49,069 bases of DNA. Source: Octopus bimaculoides (Eukaryota). Position 1 is the stretch's first letter, and the number at the start of each line of letters is the position of its first letter. Where the stretch lies: the NCBI RefSeq assembly GCF_001194135.2, contig NC_068984.1, positions 89,073,780 to 89,122,848 on the forward strand. The letters are read 5' to 3'. The position numbers and the translations under genes were made by a program. The notes below the pieces were generated by a model. It was not told the origin of the DNA and did no database searches. It was given only the letters and a program-made list of their open reading frames with translations. This document shows positions 10,149 through 23,345 of this stretch, piece by piece.

Positions 10149-11432
10149 TAATAATTTGTAACAGAATAGTTCAATAACTTCCCTAAAACTAAAGAAGTCA
10201 CTGCTCTCGTGACATTGAATGGATAATTATACTTCAATGATTTGTATAAGTCATCATGTGTTGATTATTTTCTAGCAGGCATTCGGCCATGACCATCTCA
10301 TCTTGTATATCTTGGACTATACTGTCCAGTGTATCCCTAGGCTTTTCTGTTTGAAGTATCTGTTCGGGTATTATTGAAACCTACACATATATAGTTCTTC
10401 ATGCTAATTATGAAAATCATAACCATTTTGTTTTTGAGAAATTAATAACTAAAAAGTTAGAAAATTTTAGAGAGTGAAAAGTTTTTTTTTTTTTTTTTTT
10501 GTAGTCAGAATTGCTAATTTATTCCCATAACAATGTATTGAAAGCAAACAGCCAGACCTCCCTCAATAAGGAAAACCTCTACATGTTAGCTAGATGTAGT
10601 AGAAATAGCAACTAAATTTCTTAAAAACATAGTGTTCGATTGACTTGCTAAAAATAGCAATGCAATACTATCACCACAGCTATCAAGTAGTAGTAGCAGC
10701 AATAGTGGTAATGGTATGGATACTTTTTGTTATTGTTACTTAACTCTAGGTCAATTTGATCAAACGCCTTTCATTTCATAAGACCAGAAATGTGTGGCTA
10801 TTCTGACTTCCAGCATACTTTGATTGGCTGAAGTTCCAGAACAATAAATAGATAAATAAAATTTTGTGATTAGCATGGAAACTAGAAATCTGTATAAATA
10901 AAAGTGAAATTCTGTCAGTCTGGGACCCTTGTATCTCAGTCTACATTTGCTCTATGTAGACATATTATACCTTTTTTGGAATTAAGATGATTCCGGGATT
11001 GAAAATCTGACCTTCATTTGGTTCTTAAATATTCAGCATTGAGATCTATTGTAAGAGCATTTGGGTTTCAAATGGTTCACAAGAGCTACCTACCTTGGCT
11101 ATAATAATAAACACAACTTTCTGTGTTAGAAAACTGACCAAAACTTTTTGAATTTAATACCAAAACTTTGTGACAGTTACAGTGGCGCCGTTTAGTTTAA
11201 GAATACTAGTATACTAATTTTAAAATGGCATTTTTTTAATATATTCAAGTTGTAAATTGTGAATTTATCAAAATAAAGAAAATTTCACAAGCTTTAATAT
11301 GATATGCAACATATTAATTTTGAATTAAAAATAAATCTTAATTGTAATTTATAGCGCCATTTAATTTAAGAACAATTTGTAAAATTTCATTTTATTGGTT
11401 TAAATCAACAAAAAAACAATAAGCTCACACAG

Positions 11433-12428
11433 TCAGTATTTGGTTGGGTATCCAAAATTACTTAATACAGCTTTGCATCTGTGAAATATCGAATTGTTCA
11501 GATCATTAATTGTCACTGTTCCTGAGATTTTTTTTCCCCAGTTTTGGCTAATAATGTTTAAAAAAATCAACCTTATTCTTTGGCTTACTACTTTGGACAG
11601 CTCTACCCAACTTTTCCAAAGATTTTCGATGGGATTTAGGCTGGGCGATTGCACCAGCCACTCCATCAACCGAACTCTTTTAGACCTAATATAAGCTCTG
11701 ACTAGGTGCAAGGTGTATTTCAGGTCATTTTCATGCTGGGAGATCCAAGATCAGCCCAAATGCTTTCGGGTGTATGGAAGCATAGTCTTATCCAATATTT
11801 CTAGGTAGGACTTACTATCCATAATACCCTTGATTCAGATTATAGGACCAATGCCTTTTCCAGACATGCACCCCCACAACATCACACTTCCACCACCATG
11901 CTTAATTGTAGGTCAGATGCATTCTGGATGATATTCTTTGCCTATACCCCTTCTTGCATACTTCCTGCCATCACTGCCAAACAAGTTGAACTTTGACTCA
12001 TCCGACCACAACACATTCTACCAATCTGATAGACTCCAATTCAAATGCTCTTTTGCAAACTGTATTCAGGCAAGTCTATTTTTTAAAGAAATGTATGGCT
12101 TTTTACAAGAGGTTCTTCCTAGAAGTCCAAATTCTTTGAGACAGTTTTTTATGGTGGACACTCCATATTTTTGCCAAATTTCTTTTAAAATGTCAACAGC
12201 AGTCATTTTTAGTTTTTTTTAGGACAGTCTATGAATGTATCTATCCATTCTTGCTGTTGCTTTTCTTGGTTGCCCAGGTTCAGAGCAGTCTTTATAATCA
12301 TTAGTTTCCTTATAAAGATGGACAGCATTGTAAACGGCTGTTTTAGAGCATTCAACCTCGTTCCAAATAGCTTACTAAGCTGAGCGATCCTTGCTCTGGT
12401 TTCTAGTGTTGTTTTTTCTCTTACCCAT
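11433..12428 (-). pseudogene. Tc1 transposase pseudogene
   Basis: MGKR start, WSDESKF, VMLWGCMS, QHEND, QSPSLNPIENLW, C-terminal GYPTKY*. Confidence 0.9.
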
Positions 12429-12545
12429 TACAACTATTAAGTAACTTAAAAATTGTAGCAACATACAAATTACCCTACCTATATATTGGTCAATAAGGTA
12501 AAAAAAAAAAATGAAATTTTGCAGATCATTCTTAAATTAAGCGGC

Positions 12546-13602
12546 AATGCACAGAAAACAGATTCCATCACACTCCAGGGGGAGAAACTAGAAGTAGTTG
12601 ATAGCTTCTGCTACCTAGGTGACCAAGTTAGTAGTAGGGGTGGATGCTCAGAGAGTGTTACCACTAGAATAAGAATAGCCTGGGCAAAGTTTAGAAAGCT
12701 TCTACCCCTACTGGTGACAAAGGGTCTCTTGCTCAGAGTGAAAGGTAGACTGTACGATGCATGTGTGCGAACTGCCATGCTTCACGGCAGTGAAACATGG
12801 GCTGTGACGGCGGAGGACATGTGTAGGCTTGAAAGAAATGAAGCTAGCATGATCTGCTGGATGTGTAATGTCAGTGTGCACACACGACAGAGTGTAAACA
12901 CCCTGAGAGAAATGTTGGACATAAGAAGCATCGGATGTGGCATGCAAGAGAGACGTTTGCACCGGTATGATCTTGTACTACGGATGGACAAGGAGAGATG
13001 TGTGAAGAAGTGCCACTCCCAAACAGTTGAAGGAATCTGGGGTAGAGGTAACCCAGGAAGACATGGGATGAGGTGGTCAAGCATGACCTTCAAGACCTCT
13101 GGAGATATGCTGTGACTGCCCAGACCCAACAAACAAAGTGAGTTCACGGCGTATCCTACACCAGCCCCAGCTCATTCAAGTACCTTGGATCATAGGGCGA
13201 CCTGCTGTGCTTGAGGAGACCTTGAGTCAAGTACATCAATATCAAAATAAAAATCAAATGGAAGTTGTAGTTGTGATACCCATGCCGGTGGCACGTAAAA
13301 AGCACCATCCGAATGTGGCCGATGCCAGCGCTGCCTTGACTGGCTTCTGTGTCGCTGGCATGTAAAAAACACCAACCGATCGTGGCCGTTGCCAGCTTCC
13401 CCTGGCCCCTGTGCCAGTGGTGCGTAAAAAGCACCCATTATACTCACAGAGTGGTTGGTGTTAGGAAGGGCATCCAGCTGTAGAAACACTGCCAGATCAG
13501 ACTGGAGCCTGGTGCAGCCTCCTGGCTTCCCAGACCTAGGTCAAAATGTCCAACCTATGCTAGCATGGAAAACAGACGTTAAACAATGATGATAATGATG
13601 AA
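12546..13602 (+). mobile_element. 5'-truncated RTE-clade LINE (type 1) with 3' UTR and (TGA)n tail
   Basis: LEVVDSFCYLGD, RIAWAKFR, MLHGSETW; UTR repeats gtggcacgtaaaaagcacc; tail aatgatgataatgatga. Confidence 0.9.
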
Positions 13603-15096
13603 AGTTTATTTTAAAATTAACATGTTAATGTTACACTGTAAAGTTGTATACCATATTAAAGCTTGTGAAATTTCCTTTTTGATATTCATCTTAATTCACA
13701 ATTTACAACTTGAATATATAAAAAATGTCATTTTAACATTAGTATACAAACGTTCTTTAATTAAATAGCGCCACTGTACCTCCATTACCTACAATAATAC
13801 AATTAAGAGTCAAGGACAGTCACTCAAAATTGTTGGACTTCACTTCATGCAGCATTGCTTTTCTCATGGTCAGCTCTGTGTTGGTTGTTCCAGAGTTGGA
13901 AATGGTAAAACCAAGAATGTTGTTCATCCTGCTATTTTACAGTGATCTCCAAATGTCACAGTGATACAAAATTCTCCAAATGTAATACTGTGATATAAGT
14001 CTGAAATGGTAGGATACCAATAAATGTTTTATTATTGCTCTCTTCAGTTTTGGGCCAAAGCCCCAATTAGCCCTCTGCAAGAGATAGCTTAAAAGGCTGC
14101 ACGGTCACTCTGTTACTTCTAAATATTAATAAAAATATACATGTAATCATATTTTGAGTTCAATTTTTCCTGTTTACACCAGCATATCTATATGTGTATA
14201 AAATATATAGGCTCAGTGGATGGATTACCTGTTTCAGATTGCGAACTCTCATCAGGAGCCTTAAGCAGAGAATTCAGTAGTAGGGCCAATATTCAAACAA
14301 AAATATTTAAATTTTTCCATTTAGATGCAGATATATCCATGAGGTTGTACTTAAGAAATTTGCTTCACAACCTGGTGATAGCCTGGAAGAAATGCTTTCT
14401 GTTATAGCCTCTAGTTAACCAATGCCTACTGAGTAGAATTTGGTAGATGGAAACTATAGAAGTCGGTTATCTGTGTATGTGTGTCTGTCTGTCTGTATCT
14501 GTTTATTGTAACACTGCCTAAAGGAAATTTGGCTTCTGTTTCTAGAAGTGAACATTTAGAGGTTCCTTGCTTATTGTATGAGAGAGAGAGAGAGAGGGTG
14601 GAACATATTACATAATCTACACCATTCTGGGGCTCTTACGAGTACTGTGCAATTACAAGATTTTTGTAGTAAGGAGGTTATACTTGAGCTTTTGCTTGAG
14701 GACCAGTATGGAACCAAACCAGTTATCTGGCATGCTTGGGACTGGAAGTATCCTGGATTTTCCAGGTTTCTGGAGGCAATCTAAATATACACTTAAAATG
14801 TAAAATAAACTATGTAAAGCAAAGAACTAAATTGTATTTAACAGATTCAAATTAATAAAGCAGAGTCTCTTTGATGTTTATTAATCCACTTAAACTATAT
14901 CATACCATGTATTAGGTATAATGCTTATAGATGAAAAGTAAATAACCTGATTTTATTTTGCAGATAAGGGTTCAAATTAATTACTCCTAAAGAGTATGTT
15001 TAATCCTTATTAATCCTTTTAAAAGATACGAATAAAACTCCTTTTAACACACCATATGCAAAAACAGGGTACTCAATACAGTGTATGATAACCTTT

Positions 15097-15896
15097 TATC
15101 TTTTACTTGTTTCAGTTATTTGACTGTGACCATGCTGGGGCCCCCACCTTGAAAGTTTTTTTGGTTGAACAAATTGACCCCAGGACTTATTTTTTTTTAA
15201 ACCTAGTACTTATTCTATCAGTCTTTTTAGCCAAACTGCTTAGTCATGGGGACATAAACACACCAACACCAGTTGTCAAGTAGTAGTGGGGAATAAACAC
15301 AAGACACAAAAACACACACATATATATATATATATATACATATATATATAGGCGCAGGAGTGGCTGTGTGGTAAGTAGCTTGCTTCCCAACCATTTGGTT
15401 CCAGGTTCAGTCCCACTGCGTGGCACCTTGGGCAAGTGTCTTCTACTGTAGCCTCAGGCTGACCAAAGCCTTGTGAGTGGATTTGGTAGACGGAAACTGA
15501 AAGAAGCCAGTCATGTCAGTGTTTGTCTTCCCAGCATTGCTTAACAACAGATGTTGGTGTGATTAAGTCACCATAACTTAGCGGTTCGGCAAAAATAAAC
15601 CGATAGAATAAGTACTAGGCTTACAAAGAATAAGTCCTGGGATCAATTTGTTTGACTAAATGTGGTGCTCCAGCATGGCCACATTCAAATGACTGAAACA
15701 AAGAAAAGAATAAAAAGAAAAAAAATGTATATGTTGGGCTTCTTTCAGTTTCCATCTACCAAATCCACTCACAAGGCTTTTGTTGGCGCAAGTCTATAGT
15801 AGAAGACACTTGCCAAAGGTGCCATGTAATGGGACTCAATCTGGAACTATGTGGTTGGAAAGCAAGCCTTTTTTCCACACTGCTATGCCTGCGTCT
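15097..15896 (-). mobile_element. SINE family A copy split at its central (TA)n by another SINE
   Basis: 3' half at 15097-15349 and 5' half at 15726-15896 are colinear with the intact minus copy at 20228-20641. Confidence 0.8.
15350..15725 (+). mobile_element. SINE family A, near full length, nested
   Basis: aggcgcaggagtggctgtgtggtaag head, ggttcagtccc B-box, A-rich tail. Confidence 0.88.
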
Positions 15897-17097
15897 TTGC
15901 ATAATATTGCACAATATTTCTGGATTTCTGGAAATTTCGAATTTTTTGAAGCATGGTAACAGGTCCTGTACAGTATTTGAAACTAATAAAGTAGCAAAGT
16001 TATGTAATGTTCACATTACTTATTCCAGTGAGCTGTACCTTCTCATAGCACAGGCTGGTGAATCTGGCCACTGAAAGTGACTTGAAATGTGTCTTAAGAC
16101 AGGAGCTATGATATACGGGCTGTCAGCTTTCCTACATAGACAGAAAGAACTAAAGAAACATATATCCTACCCTTCACACTGAAACCATATTAGTCACTCA
16201 CTCAGCTACATTTACAAAAAAAGAATTAGTAAACCATGAAAGATTGCCAAATACAGAGCAGGGTTGTTTTTTTTATATTTTTTTTTTTTTAGTTTTTTAA
16301 GTTGTTGTAATAGATTACAGGCATCTTGAATGTCTGGTAATAGAATTGTATGAGAGATTTGAAAGCAGTGGCATATTAAGTGTGTAGGAGAAAATGAAAA
16401 CTTTTGAGTTGGCATCAAAAAAGCTAGATATATTGAAATGGAATGTTGAAGTAACAATATATTATGGTGAATTATTGGTGTGTTATTATTTTATGTGCTG
16501 AATTCTTGAAAATAAACAGACTGAAGAGAAATGAGAGATGTTGCTAAAGAGTAGATATGTTATTGAAATTTTTATAACCATGAAAGTTTTTATAGACAGG
16601 CATAAGCTATAATATAAATAGACAACCAATGGTAATGCAATAATTGAAAGATTATAACAACCCTTTTTGTCTCGTATCCCACTTAGATTTTTAAAAAGAA
16701 TATGCACCTTTCCAATAATATAACATATAATTATATTCACAAGAAGCTTGATTAAAACTAAATTGTAAGTTTTATTCACTTGTTACTTCCACCCCATTCT
16801 AAAATGGTCTAAACCCATCAGTAAGGTGTTTACTCCACTTTGAGAAACATTGGGTTTGTAATAAACTTGTCTCCACCAATAGTAAAGTATATCTGAAAAG
16901 CTATTTGAAAACTGTTGCAAAAATATTTTAAGATTCAAAATGAAATTTCTATTTTTTTTTTTAAATGAGATCTAATAATGTTTCTATTGTTTCTCTATTT
17001 TCCATTTTTATTTCTTTGTTTTTTATAACTCCAAACTATATCCCAACTTACAGCATCACACTCTCAAACTGTCTGATATTACATATATATATGTATA

Positions 17098-18854
17098 CTA
17101 GCAGAGATACCCGGCATTGCCCGAGTCACATGGAATTGAAGAATTAGACTTTTCTTTTATATTTTCTCTAATGAACTGGAATATCTATGATTCAAATTTC
17201 ATCAAAATTAGTGATTAAGAATTTAAAGGGGATTCTTTTCCTCTATACACACCCTAACAAAAATTCTAATCATGACATTTTTATCCCATACTACTCATCT
17301 TTATGCTCAGATTCGAAAATCCAAATCTTATAAAACCCATTCAAAGGTTTTTGCTCCTGGAAAATGGAGCACATGGAGCTCTAAAATGTGGGAGTTAAGG
17401 CCCCTATTAGGTGGGGTTTAAAGTCAACCAGAGAAGTTGGATTGTTGGGAATCTTTTTTAACTTGTGTCTTATATCTATTATTCAAATTTCTTTGAAAGT
17501 GGAAATATATGAATGTTCACTGGGTTTGTAAAAGAGAGGAAAGCTAGAGGAAACCAAAAAACGAATGATCACATTAAGCAGTCAGCCATCCTACCCTACT
17601 CGTTACCACTCCCCAATGTAGAATTCCTCACCATACAGGTGACTGGCACAGCTGTAAGATGCATTATTGATTTATAGCAATTGGAAGGATGTGATCCAAC
17701 TCAAATAAACATTAACAACTGAGTGATGTGAGAGCTAAGGGGAAATGAAAGTGTCACCTCTGGAGTTTGCCAATGATCACGATGTTGATATATAACTGAA
17801 CAGAATAAATTTGCAATCTATAAATCTCTTAGAATGACCAATTACTTATCTGGAAAGGCCTTGAAATCAATGTTACCATCTGGGGACTATCTCTGACCCA
17901 GTGATAATAACAAGACTCAAAGGAGGTCTGCAACCAAATAACTTTACTCAAAATAACGCTTTGCAATTGAATCAGTGGAGGCAAAGATGCCTCCCCTTTA
18001 CTTGACAATTTATGCACCACATTGCAGAAATCACAATTTCAGTATATCTCTAAGCAAACTCTTACATTGTTGTACCATTGAATTATAAATAACACTCATA
18101 TTGTAATCCTCTGATGACTCTACAGCTTCCAAGACTACAATTGTATTCATCTTGGCTTAGGAAAAATGACTAAATTGTGGGGATTAAGCCCCCATTTAGG
18201 GGTCTTACTAACCTCCTAAGAAGTTGAAATTTTTGGAATATTATATCCACCCTTATGCATAGAATATAATTTCCAAATTTCATAAAGACCCATTCAGTAC
18301 TTTTGACCTTGTTTTGGATCATAAAAAATGACTAAAGTTTGGGAGTTAAGGCCCCCATTGGGGGGTCTTGGAATCCTCACGGGAAGCGGAAACATTGGGA
18401 ATACTTCTTGATTTGTGTCAATTACCTATGGTTGAAATTTCATCAGCATCAGAAATTTATGAATTTTCATAGGAGTTCTTCCCCCTTTATGCCCCCTCAA
18501 ATTCAAACCAAGTGTACTGCATTATACCCGCACTTACGCATTGAATCTAAGTTCCAACTATCATAAGGATCCATTCAGTAATTTTGGTCTATGAAAAATG
18601 ACTAAAATTTTGGGGTTAAGTCCCCATTAGGGGATCTTAGAATCATCCAAAGAAATGGAAATTTTGGGTTTATTTTATAATTTATTTCTAATACCTATGC
18701 CCCTTTGCCCCCCTCATAATTGTATGAAACATGTGGCATTACACTTCTCCCTAAGCTTGGATTTTGTGTTCCAAATTTCATTAGGATCAGTCCAGTAGTT
18801 TTCGAGTCTATAAGTAACACATGAACATACATAAAAACATTGACTTTTATATAG

Positions 18855-18859
<5 letters not shown>
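17098..18859 (-). mobile_element. Non-autonomous Helitron
   Basis: Minus-strand 3' end CTAG followed by T; hairpin cccgg-cattgc-ccgag at 17110-17125; 5' end degenerate (…tatataaaagtcaatg) running into (TA)n; internal degenerate tandem repeats. Confidence 0.7.
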
Positions 18860-18899
<40 letters not shown>

Positions 18900-19699
18900 C
18901 ACACACACTGACATACATAAGATATCTCGATATATAATTATTATTTATATGCATACACAGACTAGAGAAGCGGGTGAAAGACCTTTCTCTCTTTCTTATT
19001 TACTGAAAAACACTGCATCTCACTTCCTACTTACATCCTATTCTTTATCAATTGCTAACCTTCAGTTGCACCAAAAGAAAAGGTATTACTTGTACTTAAT
19101 CTCTACTTCTTTTTACTTCAAGAGATCTCCATAGGCTCTGGTTACAGATCTTCCTTTTTGAACACTAAAGGGAAGTGTTCAAAAGCCACAAGTCATTATT
19201 CTGGATTTTGTTCTTATTCATCTACTTTTGTTACCTGTAAGTGTCACTGAATCAGCTATAATCATCAACTCTGTAAAACAGGATTAGCTAATTGAACATT
19301 TAGTACTGACCCTTTTAACACACTATACCATCTTTAGCTTTGTATTCCATCCCTTATGTTATACTTTTTGTTTTTGTTATTCACTGTGGTGTCACTGAAG
19401 ACTGAGTCTTCATATAAGCCACATTCCTAGGGGAAAATCTTTCTTTTCAAGTTCTCCTTTCACTGTAGTTAAGCTTTCTAGAACAAAATAGTGTTTCTTG
19501 TACTTGAATATGATACCATTGCAAGTGGAAGGTCTCAACCATTTTGACTGACTTCCTGTACACACTTCTGTTACATATTTTGATTATGAAGAAAAGTGCT
19601 TAGAATTGAAAGCCATCAAACCTCTTATCATTTATATTGTCTGGTTTTGTTTTTCTCTTTTTAAAACATCTGCCAACATTTATCTCTATGAATTGATAA

Positions 19700-20060
19700 T
19701 CATAAAAAAGGTACTGACCAGGTATTTTCAATTAATCTAATTTCCTGGTGCCATCTGATGCTTTTTATTAACATTCTTTATAGCCAATTAGTTGTTATAG
19801 TACCAGCTATACTTCTGCTGATAAAACTAAATAGTCCAGAAATCTTCAGGGTTTTCTCCTCTGTTTACTGGATCCTCATCAAACAGCTATGCTACCTAAG
19901 TCCAAGTATGTTTTTCTAATCACCACAGTTAACCATACTGTGGTTATTTCTGGTGTTGAAAGTATGGGAAATAATCAAACTACATTTTCTTCTATAATTG
20001 CATGTTATTTGTTTGATACCTCTGTTTAATCAGGGTTGATCTTGATTATACACCAGTGAA
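19700..20060 (-). pseudogene. Possible ancient RTE AP-endonuclease fragment
   Basis: Weak motifs only (ITTNW ~ ITNTWF, RGENPEDF ~ RGERLLEF); many stops. Confidence 0.25.
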
Positions 20061-20227
20061 CCATCTGGAACTAGATCCTCCATGTCATAAAATGTGTGTG
20101 CCAAGCCCATTGATTTAACTACACAATGTAACTAAATACAGTTAGCTATTCATATGAAGATGTTAGAATACATGTCATAATTGACATCTTTCAAATTTAC
20201 ACAACACTTACAATTTTACGACCGACT

Positions 20228-20641
20228 TTTCTTTTTTTTTTTCTTTTATTTTATTTGTTTCAGTCATTTGACTGCAGCCATGCTGGAGTACCACCTTTAG
20301 TCGAGCAAATCAACCCCAGGACTTATTCTTTGTAAGCCTACTACTTATTCTATCGGTCTCTCTTGCCAAACCGCTAAGTTACGGGGACGTAAACACACCA
20401 GCATCAGTTGTCAAGTGATGTTGGGGGTCAAACACAGACACACAAACACACACATATATATATACATATACATAGATACGACGGGCTTCTTTCAGTTTAT
20501 GTCTACCAAATTCACTCACAAGGCTTTGGTTGGCCCGAGGCAATAGTAGAAGACACTTGCCCAAAGTGCCACGCAGTGGGACTGAACTGGAACCATGTGG
20601 TTGGTAAGCAAGCTACTTACCACACAACCACTCCTGCGCCT
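20228..20641 (-). mobile_element. SINE family A, full length
   Basis: Complete head to T-rich tail with central (CA)/(TA) microsatellite. Confidence 0.9.
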
Positions 20642-21100
20642 GTGACTATTTATACATGTTAACATTCCTCAGTATTTTCCTTGACAATTATTAAGTATCC
20701 ATGCACATCAGAAGAGCTGAAAATCTTTCAGACAGTTAATCTCTTCTAAAGAGATATTTAAAAAGATATTTTCATATTCTCTGTTTCAACTAATGATCAA
20801 AGCTATTACAACTTGTCTGAGACATTTAAACATTTACATAAGAATTTTTATTAGGTGCTGGTTTTCTCTAATTAATACTTAGTAATCAAAACAATTACAC
20901 TCCACAAATCTCATCTTCCATGATTGTCTGCAGAATTTAGGTAATAGGTGATATCTTACATGTTTATCCTATATGTACAATTTTGTAATTCCTGTTAGCA
21001 AATGAAACACATGTAATGATGAATAATTAATACCAAACATCTTTTCCAATTTTCTGTTTTGACATGAAATTACTCTGCAAGAGTGGGAGAGAAAGAGAGG

Positions 21101-21572
21101 GAGGCAGTTATGCAGATAAACAAATTAGATATATTAAATATATCAATTTGGGCATGAAATACACAATATTATATTTGCATGTGTATACATGCAAAACAAG
21201 AGAAAGCAATAAGTGAAGAACTTCTCTGCCTGTAGATCTGAAATGTAAGGTCTTTTCTTCCCTTATCCAATGTTGATTACTTCCATTGTGGCTGCATATT
21301 GTGGCGAACTACATCTACCAACATTATTATGGATCTCTGAGCCCCCAGAAACAGTTGTTGGACTTATAACACCTTTCTTCCTCCCTTTTAACTTTCTTTG
21401 TGATTTGTACTTTGTGTAAGTTGGATCCATTAATATAAAAATATATTTATACTTAAATATTCATTGTCTGAAAGTCTCCCGTTTTGCATGTATACAAATA
21501 AACATATTTTGTATTTCATACCCAAACTATTATATTTAATATATCTAATTTGTTTATCTGCACAATTGCCTC
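21101..21572. repeat. ~95-bp inverted repeat pair around a 283-bp core
   Basis: 21101-21197 is the reverse complement of 21481-21572, including a 32-bp perfect stretch. Confidence 0.85.
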
Positions 21573-21716
21573 TATATCTGCTCAATATGATCCCTCTTAT
21601 AGCCATTCTTTACCCCCATGGAATTGATCCCCAGTAAAGACATCGGAGTCTAAGTTTGAATCATTTGAGCTCTACTAAGTGTCTTCTTTATTGAGAATTT
21701 CCGGATCTCATCTGTG

Positions 21717-21757
<41 letters not shown>

Positions 21758-22618
21758 CAGTCATGTGGTTCCAAGTTTGATTCCACTGTGAGTAAAATCC
21801 ATTTGAATATGCAAGGAAACTCTTTAAGTTCACTGTACCTGTTTAGGAATGTTAGACCTAAACTTTCATTCAGTTTAATGCCACCACTTAGCACTTGGGT
21901 GCCTTTGGCAGGGTCTGCTTTGTTGCAAGCATTCAGACCAGCTCTCCAGTCTAAAAATAACCCTTAGATTCTGGTTCCTTTCTCCCTTTCTTCACTACAG
22001 TTTCAGCCACTCTAAAAATCTTATGAGCACTGCCTTTCCTCCTTTGACTAGGACATTAGAAATTTTTACAAAGGTTGATTATTCAAATATTGTCACCAGC
22101 ACTGAGCTGTCTTTACTGAAGATAGTATTTAGTAGCTCAGTCCACCAAGCTGCAAATACATACTACATGGAAGCACATTTTAAAGCCTTAAGCAATGATA
22201 GCACTGTGTAACTGGTGAATGTTTCTATTAATTTGCAATGTTGAGTTCAAATCTGCCCATGGTCAAAATAAGAGTTAGACTCGTGTTCCTGTCCAGAAGG
22301 AGAAAGACCTAACATAAACTCCAACATACCTCACCTACTTCAGATAAAATATTAGGTTCTCAAAACATCGCTGGTTCCATGAACACCCCAACCCCATCCC
22401 AGCAATTAATATATGAACTACCACTTGGCATATTTCTGTTTCTCAGAAAATACATTTATCAATCACTACTACATGTTGAACTAACATTATGTGATTCACC
22501 AGCTTTTCTGAAAACTCTATACAACATATAATTATGGGATAATACGAATTATACATTTATAATATTCCAGTTATTACTAACTATATAATATGTACAGTCA
22601 TGCTGAATAATGTGCTCC

Positions 22619-22735
<117 letters not shown>

Positions 22736-23014
22736 CATAGGACAGACCAGAACATATAAGGTAGTGAAAAAATAAATTAAATATAAATAAATGTTTTGCA
22801 TTTATAATCTTTGACTGTCCTATCACTGCTGAATTATTCATTGTATGTGTGTGTGTGTGTGTGTGTGTAATAAACTATATTTTGTGTTGACCTAAGTCCA
22901 GTCATATACAGCTATGGCAGAAGAGAAGGAAGACTTGAAAGTAGTCTGACTGTAATGTCAATGAAATCAGAGGGCTAAAGCTAGTTTGTTCAGTGTAGTT
23001 AATATTTGTTTAGA

Positions 23015-23260
23015 GATGATATATGTAGAGACTATAAATCCTCAAGTATATTGGACATATAGACGAAAGATTGGACATGCCCTTTAGTAAAAAATACTGG
23101 GAAAAAATTATGGAAGTGTTTGAAAGAAATAGATTAAAGGATTTTGTTAAACTCAGAGAAGCAATAGCTATGATAATAAATATAGATGATAAGAAGGAGC
23201 ATGTGTTAAAGGAAAGAAAATATCAAAGCTTATTTGTAGTATTTGTAATCGAAACATAGC
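23015..23260 (+). pseudogene. Possible GIY-YIG endonuclease remnant (Penelope-like)
   Basis: ICRDYK..KYIGHIDERL resembles C..C.K.YIG.T.R.L; KLREAIAM resembles K..EAI.I. Confidence 0.3.
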
Positions 23261-23345
23261 TTTCACAGGAAATAAATTCAAGAATGTCAGTAACAAAATA
23301 GATATATTGCACAATTTTAGGAAAAAAAAATATTTTGAACTAAAT

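Larger units (their letters stand above)
11180..13776 (-). mobile_element. Tc1 (DD34E) element with long IR/DR-type TIRs, interrupted by an RTE
   Basis: cagtggcgc.. ends with TA TSDs (11178-79, 13777-78); ~170-200-bp TIR similarity; inner direct repeats at ~11352-11375 and ~12527-12548. Confidence 0.9.

Noticed and set aside
14229-14385. Minus-strand exon with donor CAG|GTAATC
   Set aside because: Stops in all three frames from the nearest acceptor.
15350-15420. tRNA genes from A/B-box motifs (also 3884, 5300, 30372)
   Set aside because: No complete cloverleaf; they continue into SINE bodies.
17390-18680. CRISPR-like spacing of repeats
   Set aside because: Degenerate, irregular repeats inside a eukaryotic Helitron; no cas genes.
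21101-21572. Pack-MULE interpretation of the inverted cassette
   Set aside because: No 8-10-bp TSD at the apparent ends; kept only as an unexplained inverted repeat.
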